Assembly: GCF_006345805.1 (NCBI RefSeq)
Contig: NC_043005.1
Location: forward strand, 106,144,001 to 106,208,000
Direction: 5' to 3'
Origin: Octopus sinensis
Lineage: Eukaryota
DNA length: 64,000 nt
The position numbers and the translations under genes were made by a program. The notes beneath the pieces are model-generated. The model did not search any database, was not told the origin of the DNA, and saw nothing but the letters and a program-made list of their open reading frames with translations. Shown here piece after piece: positions 1 to 12,659 of the stretch. Numbering within the stretch: the stretch's first letter is position 1; each line of letters begins with the position of its first letter.

Positions 1-200
1 CATGTAAAAAGTACCTGTGCTGCTGCCATATAAGAAGCACCCAGTATGCTTTGTTAAGGGGTTGGCATTAGGAAGGTCATCCAGCTGTAGAAACTATGCC
101 AAAACAGATTACTGGGGCTTGGTGCAGCTCTCAGACTTGCTAGCTTGTATCAAACTTTCCAACCCATGACAGCATGAAAAATGGATGTTAAACGATGAGG
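1..200 (+). mobile_element. 3' part of RTE-tail repeat (working name family F), ending in a (GAT)n-like tail
   Basis: Shares ggcattaggaagg.catccagctgtagaaac ... ccaacccatg..agcatg.aaa..gga.gttaaacgatg with copies at 39425, 50381, 51335 and 63205. Confidence 0.75.
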
Positions 201-695
201 ATGAATTGGATCCATTCAATGGATTCATGTAATCAACAGGTACTTTATTTCAAAAATCCTGGAGCAATGAAGATTTTTACATTTCAAGTTCAAATCCTTG
301 GTGGGATTTGAACTCAGAATGTAAAGAGACAATACAAAAGTCCAAAAGCTTTACTCTTTTCAGTTTTCTTCTTTATTTTCTATTTAAACTTATGCTCAAA
401 CAATTGTTTCAGTCAGCAACAATAATTAAAAAATAGTAAGATAAGCTGCTTAACCACAGCAATACCTTCACTTATGATACTGACTTTTCGTTGTAGAGGT
501 CTATGGATCAATCATTAGATAGGACAGGTAAAGAGAAGAAAAGTTGAACTGGTAGACAATGCCTTAACATCTCTCTGAATTTGACATTGGTAGTAATAAA
601 TGGGGAAAAAAGTACACAATAAAATAATCAGAGACTAAATAATTTACTGTCCAGCTGAAACTATTTGCTCAAAAGTCATTCCAGAGTACACATTC

Positions 696-903
696 CAGAG
701 ATGCAGCACGAAGTTTTGTCAGTGAACAGATCTCGGTCTCAAAGCAAAGAAAATATTTTGACAAATTAAATTTAAATGTTGAAGTGAATCTAACGGTTTT
801 TGTGTGTTTCTTAAATGGTTTATAAACACCTTCTATGCTGCAATTGTTTTCGTTCCAGCACACGATCTCAGATCAGGTCACTTGCTATGCAAGTACATCT
901 CCG
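696..903. mobile_element. Possible decayed MITE
   Basis: Imperfect terminal inverted match (cagagatgca / tacatctccg); otherwise unexplained non-coding sequence. Confidence 0.25.
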
Positions 904-1310
904 TCATTCCAGAGCAGCTGACTGACAAAGCCTTTAGCAAATATTGAAAATTTAGTCTCAGAATTTGTACACGCACATACACACACACGCGCATGCTTGT
1001 GCACACACATATGCATGCACACACACCTTAATTATCAGTGTCACAATGTATTTCATTTATTAAGCAAACAATTGCTATCTTCAGGAGTACATGTATCAAA
1101 AAAGCATCTCTACGACAATGGATGACGTATTCAGTAAAACATTTCATAATATTGAATATCAAGTTGACTATCTTGAAAGAATTCATTAAGTTTTAGAAAT
1201 AGCTGCTAATGCTTGGTGCAATCCTTGAAAGTATTCCATGGAAGCCCTGGACACAAATCAAGGGAATTGACATTTTTGCTAAGCAGTAATTATCCAAAGT
1301 CGCGAATGAG

Positions 1311-2253
<943 letters not shown>

Positions 2254-2255
2254 TC

Positions 2256-2338
2256 TTCTCCTGATAAGAAGATTGCATTTTACACCTTTTATTCCTTTGG
2301 AATAAAACCAATGTTGTCTTCAAAACATATGTCGAAAG
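2256..2338 (+). ncRNA. Degenerate type I hammerhead motif (left arm)
   Basis: CTGATAA (2261-2267; G8>A), stem II GAAGA/TCTTC, AAAA in place of GAAA, palindromic CATATG, TC, then gaaag. Confidence 0.6.
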
Positions 2339-2386
2339 TAAAAGAATTATAATAACATCTTCATTCAAGTCCATTTATTTACTTAT

Positions 2387-2448
<62 letters not shown>

Positions 2449-2490
2449 TAAATAAATGGACTTGAATGAAGATGTTATTATAATTCTTTA

Positions 2491-2572
2491 CTTCGACATA
2501 TGTTTTGAAGACAACATTGGTTTTATTCCAAAGGAATAAAAGGTGTAAAATGCAATCTTCTCATCAGGAAAG
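2491..2572 (-). ncRNA. Type I hammerhead motif with G12>A (right arm)
   Basis: Minus strand reads ctttc-CTGATGA-GAAGA...TCTTC-AAAA-CATATG-TC-gaag. Confidence 0.65.
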
Positions 2573-2574
2573 AA

Positions 2575-2858
2575 AGAGAGCCTATCTTAGCAACAAGACA
2601 TTATAACAATTACGATGACTGCCTGAATGATAAACAGAACGTTATTAAGTATTTAAAAAAACCATTAGTAGATTTGACGTCAAAGGCAGATACCAGGAAG
2701 AGAAGGGTTAAAGAAATAATAAGTAGAGAACAAATAAAGAGGGATACATTGGTTGAAAAAATGTTCAAAGGCTTAGAAGTAGATTTCTCTATTGAAGTGC
2801 AAGTTAAACTAACTCTTGAAACTATAATGACTGGCAAAATCACTTATATGAGCTAAAG
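2575..2858 (+). CDS. Candidate coding exon of unknown product (..TRHYNNYDDCLNDKQNVIKYLKKPLVDLTSKADTRKRRVKEIISREQIKRDTLVEKMFKGLEVDFSIEVQVKLTLETIMTGKITYMS*)
   Basis: More than 90 stop-free, non-repetitive codons in AT-rich DNA; possible acceptor atcttag at 2590 and donor AG|gtatgt after 2858; no recognised domain. Confidence 0.3.
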
Positions 2859-3301
2859 GTATGTTTCTGCCAGTGTTTACATTTGTAAACACACACACAC
2901 ACACACATTTATAAATATGGATGTGTACAAATATTATTGCATATGATGATTAAGGGATTAATCTATAGTGAAAGCAATTTCTTGCAAAAATCCAGGGCTA
3001 ATCTTGTTATCTCCAGGGAGATTACAAGATATTCTTATAAGTTACCTCCCATGACTTGTGTATTTATTTTGAAATTCTGTTTTGTCTCGTGTAACCTCAT
3101 GTATTCTCATCCAGATGGAGAGGAGTACCTACACTTCTGTGTGGTATGCTTGAACAATTGTGAGGATCTCTTCACAGGAAACCATTGGTTACCTTGTTAA
3201 CCCACAAATAAAGAATGTTTGTGTATATGTATGCACGTATGTATGTATGTATGTATGTATGTATATGTATGTATGTATGTATGTATGTATCTATCTATCT
3301 A

Positions 3302-3351
<50 letters not shown>

Positions 3352-3362
3352 ATATATATATA

Positions 3363-3554
3363 CTTTATTTAAAGCAGCAGAAAATTCAACAAAACCTGTT
3401 ATTCTGAGTTTCCCGCTGCCGTTTATCGGACAGTTTTTGCAGTAGTAAACAGGTTTTGTTGAATTTTCTGCTGCTTTAAATAAAGCATATTACTCTACCA
3501 CTAGTATTTGAGTACTCTTTTTTCCACCTTGTTTCACATTTATGTGTTTACTCC

Positions 3555-3556
<2 letters not shown>
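3363..3556 (+). mobile_element. (TA)n-flanked short element with a folded-back 5' end (copy 1)
   Basis: Perfect 38 bp inverted repeat 3363-3400 / 3448-3485; its 3' part is shared with 3730-3824. Confidence 0.75.
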
Positions 3557-3596
<40 letters not shown>

Positions 3597-3600
3597 CATA

Positions 3601-3824
3601 CAAAAGCTGTTACTCAGTTTCACATTCCAGTTCGTCGGACAGTTTTGTTAACAAAATTGCGGACAGTTTTGTTAACAAAATTGTCCAACGAATGGGAATG
3701 TGAAACTTTGAGTAACAGCTTTTGTTATATTTCTGCTGCTTTTAAATAAAGCATATTACTCTACCTCTGGTATTTGAGTACTCTTCTTCCACCTTGTTTC
3801 ACATTTATGTGCTTACTCCAGTAT
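3601..3824 (+). mobile_element. Same family as 3363-3556 with a different fold-back point (copy 2)
   Basis: caaaagctgttactc...acattcc is inverted against ggaatgtgaaactttgagtaacagcttttg; a 23 bp tandem duplication with a palindromic ttttgttaacaaaa sits at the hinge. Confidence 0.75.
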
Positions 3825-3875
3825 ATATACACACATACATACATACATACATACATACATACATACATACATAAC

Positions 3876-3945
<70 letters not shown>

Positions 3946-4321
3946 TGTGGATATTAAACAATGATGATGATGATGATATTTAGATAGTCAAACAGACAGA
4001 TAGCTAGAGAGGTGTGAAATATTAACAAAATTCTATAATGTAATAAAGACATATAGAATACTAATGGAATTGTCAGTCACAATAAAGGAGAGTAGAATGA
4101 GTATGTGGAACATGTCATTTATCAGATGAGGTTAATAATACAGCTAAGAAAATATTGTTCAGGGGAACATCCTGTATACTAAACACAGACACAATAGGGT
4201 CTTACACATGTAACATATTGGGTTTTAAAATTTCCACTGAAGATTATCCATGCAATGAACAAATGAAAACTCCCTCTAGAGTATTAACTAAGAATAAATG
4301 CAAGGAAATCAACTCCATTAA

Positions 4322-4541
4322 CCCTTTTGTTACCAATCCGGCTGAAACCAGCTCTGGCTTTGAGTACTGATGTCTTCTTTTCATAAGGTTTGAATAAAAA
4401 TCTTCCACCAAACCTTAGTCACAACACTAGTTCCTAACACTAACTGAATGATAACCAAGTAATTTTACTAAATTCTTTGTTATATTTAAAGTAATTGAAA
4501 GAAGCACAGAGCATCTCAAAATAAATACAGCAACGAAATGG
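4322..4541. mobile_element. piggyBac-type MITE
   Basis: TTAA on both sides (4318-4321, 4542-4545); imperfect TIR CCCTTTTGTTAC / GCAACGAAATGG. Confidence 0.6.
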
Positions 4542-5230
4542 TTAAAATTAGTTGGTTGAAGTTTTTAGAAAATATTGAAAATGCAGTGTGTGAGTGGATT
4601 CAGTCTTTAAATTTTTAGTAAACACTTTAATACACTGAATCGCATTTATATGCATTCAAAATTCACTTAAGTTTTAGCTGTTAAGCCTCAAAGATATTCA
4701 AACCAGGACAATCTCACCATTTTTTAAACATGGTGCCTCCCAGATTACTTTAGCAAATGTGGGTTAGTCTTTTTTTTTTTTTTATAATGATAGAGTATGA
4801 TTTGAGGGTGATTTTGGGCTCCGTTTCTCAATGGTTGAATGATCATGTAAAGGTTCTCTTGTTGGTTCATAACAAATATTAGTAATGAACTGGGGTTGGC
4901 ATTCAATCGAATCTACTCCCTTTACTTTAAAAGATTGGCCTCGTGCCTAGTCAAAAGAAATTCCAATTATAATAACCAATAGACCGTTATTAAAATAGCA
5001 ACACTCAGGTATGCAAATAACACAAAAAACAAAAACACAAAACATAAAGAAATCTATCCAATTAAACTATTCATATAAATGACAATGGAGCGATCAGAAC
5101 ATTAATATGAATGATAGGCAATAAGAGTAGTTATTAAAAACAAATATAAAAAATCTTTATATCATACAATACTATTAAAAATTACTGAATAAAGATGCGT
5201 AAAAAATATATATACACAGAAACTAATAAC

Positions 5231-5271
5231 ACTTTTGATAATGATTGGAAGAGCAATCGAAAGCTAGAATT
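5231..5271 (+). ncRNA. Hammerhead-like motif, U3-A8 core variant
   Basis: TTGATAA-T, stem II GATTG/CAATC, GAAA, palindromic AGCT, A; stem I is weak. Confidence 0.4.
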
Positions 5272-5599
5272 GCGTTGTATCAAAATTAGGTACGTGCGTT
5301 TTTTCAATTATCAACGAATATTAAGTAATTAATTAGAAGCTACAAAACATTTATCTAAAATATATGAAAGATTATAACCTTATAAGTATATATTATGTGA
5401 TCAGATCATTCTCCGTGATTCTGGCATCGTTCTTTCTTTTGTGTTCACAATTGTTTCAAAAAGGCAGCAACCAATAGACCCTGTAGAGCGGTTCAGCATG
5501 TGCAATTTTTTATGAGTAGAAAACCATTTCATAGATAATTACTGCTAATAAAAATTGAAGTACTTAGAAATAAATAAGTAAATATATGTACGTATGAGT

Positions 5600-5610
5600 G
5601 AATATATATC

Positions 5611-5696
<86 letters not shown>

Positions 5697-5753
5697 GTTA
5701 TAGAGAGAAAGTGAGAGAGAGACATACACAAACACACACATTTATATATATAT

Positions 5754-5796
<43 letters not shown>

Positions 5797-6030
5797 TCAC
5801 ACATATACACACATATATAGCAAAAGGTTGCAGCTGATAGTATCAGTAATTGAAAGACCAATGGCAAAATAAAAATATAGTTTCCTTGCTTTGATCAGAA
5901 GATCGGTTGTAATACATACATATATACATACATACATACATACATATATACATATGCACTTGCATGCATACATACATACATACATGCATACATACATGCA
6001 TACATACATACATGCATACATATATAAATA
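5600..6030. repeat. (TA)/(CA)/(TACA) microsatellite cluster
   Basis: Directly visible. Confidence 0.95.
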
Positions 6031-6035
6031 TGTAA

Positions 6036-6437
6036 ACTCTTTTATTTGTTTCAGTCATTTGACTGTGGCCATGCTGGAGCACTGCCTTTAATCGAGCAAA
6101 TCGACCCCAGGACTTATTCTTTGTAAGCCTAGTACTTATCCTATCGGTCTTTTTCGCTAAACTGCTAAGTTATGGGGACGTAAACACACTAGCATCGGTT
6201 GTCAAGCGATGTTGGGGGGACAAACACGGACACACAAACACACACACACATACATATATATATATACATATATACGACGGGCTTCTTTCAGTATCTGCCT
6301 ACCAAATCCACTCCCAAGGCTTTGGTTGGCCCGAGGCTCTAGTAGAAGACACTTGCCCAAGTTGCCATGCAGTGGGACGGAGCCCAGAACCATGTGGTTG
6401 GTAAGCAAGCTACTTACCACACAGCCACTACTACGCC
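6036..6437 (-). mobile_element. tRNA-derived SINE family AB with internal microsatellite
   Basis: Head ggcg.ag.agtggctgtgtggtaag with A/B-box-like motifs, internal (TA)/(CA) tract, tail ending (gagtaaaa)n. Confidence 0.9.
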
Positions 6438-6477
6438 TATTTATGTATGAGCATACATACATAAATACATATTACTC

Positions 6478-6688
6478 CTTTCTACTAAAGACACAAGGCC
6501 TGAAATTTGTGGGGAGGGGACTAGTCGATTACGTCAACCCCAGTGTTTCACTGGTATTTAATCTATTGACTCTGAAAGGATGAAAGGCAAAGTCAACCTC
6601 AGTAAAATTTGAACTCAGAATATAGCAATAGGCAAAATACCGCTAAGCATTTTGTCCAATGTGCTAACAATTCTGCCAGTTCGTTGCC
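6478..6688 (-). mobile_element. SINE family C, tail type 1
   Basis: Head/core gagctggcagaa..gttagca...ctgagttcaaatt..gttgactttgcctttcatcc; tail ccccaaaatttcaggccttgtg. Confidence 0.8.
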
Positions 6689-7513
6689 TTTACATACATA
6701 CATATAATAATGTAGACCGTACAGCTCTTGTACCCAGACTATAAATTCTTATTTGTACCAACATATTTACACAAAAACCTAGAAATATTAGAAGAAAGAG
6801 CAAAAGAATCTGTCATGGATTCTCCAAATCCATTCTATTAATGGCACAGTGAAGATTTGTAAGACAGTCCAAAGATTCTCTGAGATTCTTTAGGTGAATG
6901 GAGGCACACACTTGGGTGTATGTACTGACAGTTATTGCCAAACTAATATGGCAGTCCATAAATATAGGATGAAAGCTAGAGGCGATGACCTTTTGCAGCT
7001 AATCAACGGCAGCTTTCATCCTATATTTATGGACTGCCATATTAGTTTGGCGATAACTCTTTATATTCAGTACTGCTGCTGTACTCTCCTTTAGAGAGAC
7101 TTAGAAATAATTATATTTCTATACACACATATATATCATCAATAAATCACAAATCTGAAAGAGAAGCATGCTCTAAGTTATAGAGTAGTAGAGTATATGG
7201 AGAAAGATAGTTATGGCCAGGTCGTAGTGTTATCCAGAGTTTCATGTCCTTAAAGTGTTATCTTCCATGTGATTTCATACATATGCACACGTACAAAGAT
7301 TGTGATGCAAATAAACAAATAAAACCACCTGAGCTAGATATATCGAATATACATACATATACAGGTAAATGGGGAGAAACAGGACTGAAAAGATGAAGTG
7401 TGAGTTCAAATCATTTAAACATTACTAAGTGTTTTCTATATTGAGCATCTCTGGGTCTCACTTGTTGACTCTACATACATATATATGCACTTATATGTGT
7501 TTGTGTGTGTGTG

Positions 7514-7565
<52 letters not shown>

Positions 7566-8010
7566 CATATATGTATATACATATGTACACACATTTTTGT
7601 AAATACACACATACATACATGGATGTGTGTGTGTGTGTGTGTGTATGCATATATATATATGTATATATATGTTATTGCAAACCCTCAACCTACATTAAAT
7701 TCTGGTAAATTTCATCACTAAGCCACAACCCCCAGCCCTACCAGTTTCACACCACCCTTATTGCCCCCAACACAACTAAATTTCGTTCAATTAATAAACC
7801 TCATTTCACATGGACAACGTATCACACTCCTCTGTTTGTGTATATGTATGTATGTGTGCGCGTGTTAAGGTGTGTGTGTGTTAGAGTATGTGTGTGTGTG
7901 AGTTTGTGTATGTATGTGTCCATGCGAGTGTGTGTCATGTCTGAATGTATGTGCATCTGTAAGGGATGAAATTTTCAATGTAGATTCGTGTTTTGAATTG
8001 CAAAATCCTT

Positions 8011-8099
8011 TTACAAATGTTTATGCAAAACTCTGTCGTACGCAAGGGACATCTCATCTAAACAGTTTCTCCGACCGTCAGTACCACGACAAGGAGAAG
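8011..8099 (-). CDS. Candidate terminal exon (xSPCRGTDGRRNCLDEMSLAYDRVLHKHL*)
   Basis: Long polypyrimidine tract and TAG acceptor (8100-8175 on the minus strand); CpG-containing non-repetitive sequence; product not recognised. Confidence 0.3.
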
Positions 8100-8721
8100 C
8101 TACAGAGATGGGGAGAAACAGAAAGAGACAGAGAAAAAGCAAGATGATGAAAAGAGATGAGGCAGGAGAAGAAACAATCTATGTTAAATGTCGAATAAAA
8201 TTTTTTTCTCTGCCCTCCCCCACTTCAATAAAAAACTGGGGGTTATTCAGGGCAGGATGGGTAAAAGAAAAACAATCAAAGTCATTAGTGCACTAGATTC
8301 ATACTTGTGCACACAAATCTGTACAAGTATATACCCGCATACACATATACATACATGCATGCACACACATATATGTACATATGTATATTTACATACATAT
8401 ACATGCTGATATACATACACAGACACACACACACATATATATATATATATAGGGTGTGTGTGTGTATGAATAAACACACATATATGTGTGTGTGTATATT
8501 TATATGTGTGTGTATGTATATGTGTATGTATTTATATATACACAAACACACTGTCCATACATATAATTTTGCTCATAGCACGCATACATTCAATATTACA
8601 GTGTTTGGCTTTCGTTTCAAAGAAAGAGAAAATATATATTTGTCATAGAGACAAGAAAGTGTGTGCCATGTGTGTTTTAGCATTAATGAGACATCACCTT
8701 CTTTTTTCTTTCTCTCTCCCA

Positions 8722-8755
<34 letters not shown>

Positions 8756-9108
8756 GTATACATTCATGCATACATACATGTATGTGTGTCTCTGTGTCTG
8801 TATGCATTGTATTATCAGCAACAGTATAAACTTCAAAACTCATACAAGATTATTCAATTCTTACTCATCAGAGTTTATTGTAGAATTCTTCTCTAAAATA
8901 ATTCCAAATAATTCCAAAGTCACTCCTCTGGTGCAGTCACTAAAATTGTTTTCCATGTTAACTTTGTATTATCTCCATGAATTATTATAAAAGCTACATT
9001 ATTGCGCGTGCGCACACACACACACACAACACACACACACACACACATACTGTGAGATAAATAACATGTCTTAAACTTGAGCTCTAAATTTTATTAATTA
9101 TAGTAGAA

Positions 9109-9498
9109 TCTCTACATATTTAAAGCTGAAGTTGTCTGTGTATGGCAGGTTTGGTAGCCTTCATCTAACACAATCTCCTCTGTGACCCTGCGGTACAAGT
9201 TGACCAAAATTGAGAATATGATAGAAGAAGGCTTGCTCTTCCTTTCGTAGTAGAAAAAATTCAAATCAGACTATGTTAAGACCAAAAATTATTTACATCA
9301 AAAGGTGCTTTTTTTCTATAGAAATCCATTTTTTTACGATTTTTTGACTGCTGTGTCGCCATATTTTGGTGTATTTCAGCCAGAAAAATGTTCTCTTAAA
9401 GAGAATAACAAGCTATATAATGCAAAATTTTTACTTTTCAAAAATTCCAAATCTAAAGGGTCGAAACAAACCAGAGCAACGTCGGGCGATGCTGCTAG
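9109..9498 (+). mobile_element. Non-autonomous Helitron
   Basis: 5' TC(tctacatatttaaagctgaag), 3' CTAG with a GC hairpin (cgtcgggcg) just upstream; inserted between A9108 and T9499. Confidence 0.75.
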
Positions 9499-9749
9499 TA
9501 TATGATAAAACACAACCTAAATCACAAACTGTAGTGGAATTAGCTTAATTGTAAACACAACCTGGATAACTTCAATTTGAAGATAGAGAAAGAACATCGC
9601 AGTCATAAAAGAGCAATTGAGAAACAATACATGCAGTTATATTCCATTTTGCCAGCTATATCAAAAATTCTATTTTCAAAGAATTAGTATGCAGGTATTC
9701 AAACAGAAGAATATTCCTTTAAAATATATGAACTTGTACCTGTATTGCT

Positions 9750-10035
9750 GAGACCCCCTTTGGTCATGACTGACAGTGGGATTGCACCTAGAAAGTTACC
9801 CTCCCAGGCACAAGTCCAGGCAAGGTTGTTTATGGAAGACCAGCAGTCACTCATGCATACCGGCCTCCCCTCTCCAGGCCACCAGTGTTTTCCAAGGGAA
9901 AGGCAAAGGGGCCGATACAGCTTGGCACCAGTGATGTCACAACTCATTTCTACAGCTGAATGAACAGAAACAACATGAAATAAAGTGTCTTGCTCAAGAA
10001 CACAACCCCCAGCCTGGTCCCGGATTTGAAATCAT
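9750..10035 (-). mobile_element. SINE family E
   Basis: Matches 48213-48530 and 58119-58360 (gttgtgttcttgagcaagacacttt ... cagctgtagaaatgagttg ... gtgccaagctgtatcggcc). Confidence 0.8.
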
Positions 10036-10486
10036 TAGAAATCATTATTAATGTACATGAATTAACATTATAATGAGATCAAGAAATTCTGCTCTCATTC
10101 ATCATAATTCTTCTTTTGTAAAGAAGTTCTTGATGGGAGTACGGTGAGTTTTGATGGAGCTAAGATATGTGAGTTGTTGAGTTTTTCTGTATTTGAAAGG
10201 CAATGGATCTGTAGTCTAATGTAATGTCAATAGACATCAATCCTTTTGAAATCCTCTACTAAGACTAATCAACCATTTTTAAGCCCATGGGACAGCAAAA
10301 TGTATAAATAACATTCAAACTACTGCCTTAAAAAGAATTACCTGCAAGTTCAGGCAGTAAAATATTTTGAATATTTTCTGATAATTAAACTTTCAAACTG
10401 TAAAGTGCAAATGTACAATGGTTGTGATTACAAATTTGAATTACTAACTAAATACAACTTTGTATACAGAGATAGAAAAGCATAGG

Positions 10487-11100
10487 TGCAGGTGTGGCTG
10501 TATGGTAAGAGGCTTGTTCCCCAACCACATGGTTCTAGGTTCAGCTCCACTACATAGCAACTTGGGCAGGTGTCTTCTAATATAGCCTCAGGCTAACCAA
10601 ATCCTTGTGAATGGATTCGGTTGACAGAAGGCGGTGAGCTGGCAGAAACATTAGCACGCCGGGCGCAATGCTTAGCAGTATTTCGTCTGCTGTTACATTC
10701 TGAGTTCAAATTCCACCGAAGTCGACTTTGCCTTTCATCCTTTTGGGGTTGATATATTAAGTACCTGTTACGCACTGGAGTCGATGTAATTGATTTAATC
10801 TCTTTGTCTGTCCTTGTTTGTCCCCTCTACATTTAGCCTTTTGTGGGCAATAAAGAAATAAGAAACTGAAAGAAGTTTGTCGTATATATATGTGTGTGTG
10901 TGTGTATGTGTGTGTGTGCGTGTGTGTATCTATGTGTGTGTGCCTTTGTGTCCATATTTGTCCCCTTGCCATCACCGTTTGACAACCGGTGTTGCTGTGT
11001 TTATGTCTTCACTGCTTAGTGGTTCAGCAAAAGGGGCCAATAGAACAAGTACTAGGCTTAAAGAATAAGTCCTGGGGTAGAGTTGTTTGACTTAAACCCT
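10487..11100 (+). mobile_element. SINE AB copy interrupted by a SINE C (tail type 2) at 10631-10862
   Basis: AB head at 10487-10625, C element, then AB resumes at ctgaaagaag, microsatellite and 3' half. Confidence 0.75.
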
Positions 11101-11533
11101 TCAAGTTGTATGAAAATTAGTTTAGACTGGCTTTTTCATTGCAAAGAGCTTCAACTTTAAACAAATTCTGATGCCAAGCTGAATAAATTCTGATGCTAAG
11201 CACAATAAATTATGAATATAAATATCGCAAAGACCAATTCTAGTTGCATGGTTAATACTGGAATTTTAATTAAGAAAACTCACATGATAATAGGCTGCTC
11301 AGAACACCAACAATTTCAGACTTCAGATTTAATCTAAGAGCGAAATTCTCAGCAGAAAATTGCTCTAATTTACCTGCTTAGTAAGTATAAAATAATTAGA
11401 TTGTAAGAGATTCCTAATGGCTATTTGAATCACACTTAGACATTATTCTCACTTTTGTTTTATGCTGTAAAAATATTAAATCAAATTCTGAGGCTGTTGC
11501 AATGTCTCTCAGATTTTGATATGAAAAATAATA

Positions 11534-11914
11534 GGCACAGGAAGTGGCTGTGTGGTAAGTAGCTTGTTTACCAGCCACATGGTTCCGGGTTCAGTCCCAC
11601 TGCGTGGCACCTTGGGCAAGTGTCTTCTACTATAGCCTCGGGCCAACCAAAGCCTTGTGAGTGGATTTGGTAGACTGAAACTGAAAGAAGTCCGTCATAT
11701 ATATGTATATATATATATATGTATGTGTGTGTGTTTATGTGTGTGTGTTTGACCCCTTGCATTGCTTGACAACCGATGCTGGTGTGTTTATGTCCCCGTC
11801 ACTTAGCAGTTCGGCAAAAGAGACCGATAGAATAAGTACTGGACTTACAAAGAATAAGTCCCGGGGTCGATTTGCTCCAGCATGGCCACAGTTAAATGAC
11901 TGAAACAAGTAAAA
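11534..11914 (+). mobile_element. SINE AB
   Basis: Full head, internal (TA)/(TG) tract, 3' half ending gactgaaacaagtaaaa. Confidence 0.9.
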
Positions 11915-12333
11915 AAAAAAAAATATGGTTTGTACTTGGTACTCAGCTTTTAACTGTGGTTCCCAAGAACTAGTAACAGCAGCCACTGGTGGCGAATTAG
12001 TTTGATAGGTAGACTAAACCACATGAGAATAGTCACAGAGTATCAAACTTTTGATGAGGATCTGTCTACAATTGTACAAGAAGAGTATGATCTGCTCATT
12101 ACAAGCTCCTTTTTCTTTCCCCCCATCGTAACAGGATGTCATGGTGGTACTCTTACTTTAAACAAGAGTAGAGATGTCTCCAGGAATCTTATTGATTATG
12201 TCAATTATGTCATCATCAGGAAGAAAGGGAGGCAGGATGTTATGGTGATCAAGGCTGCATCTGGGGAAGATTCCTGGAATAACCACAAATGTTTCCATAT
12301 CCAACCTATATGACAGCCTAAAGTGTGTGGGAG

Positions 12334-12377
<44 letters not shown>

Positions 12378-12381
12378 GAAT

Positions 12382-12456
<75 letters not shown>

Positions 12457-12659
12457 CAACGAGGAGGCTAAATGAGCCTGAACTGTGTCTGTCATAAAAC
12501 TTTGGTGAGGACCTGGAGAACAAACTCAGAAACTACTCTATTTTATAATAGCATGAAAGAAGGCTGAGTAGTTTTCAGGGATTTAATGTCATTCAAACAT
12601 TTGGGACCCAAAATACACAAACACCAGCACAGATTCTGTGAAAATAACACCAAAAACTG

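Larger units (their letters stand above)
2254..2572. mobile_element. Tail-to-tail inverted pair (about 130 bp arms) around (TA)n; each arm carries a hammerhead-like motif; probable Penelope-like element terminus
   Basis: 2254-2385 is the reverse complement of 2445-2572 with only a few substitutions/indels; the spacer is (TA)n. Confidence 0.85.
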
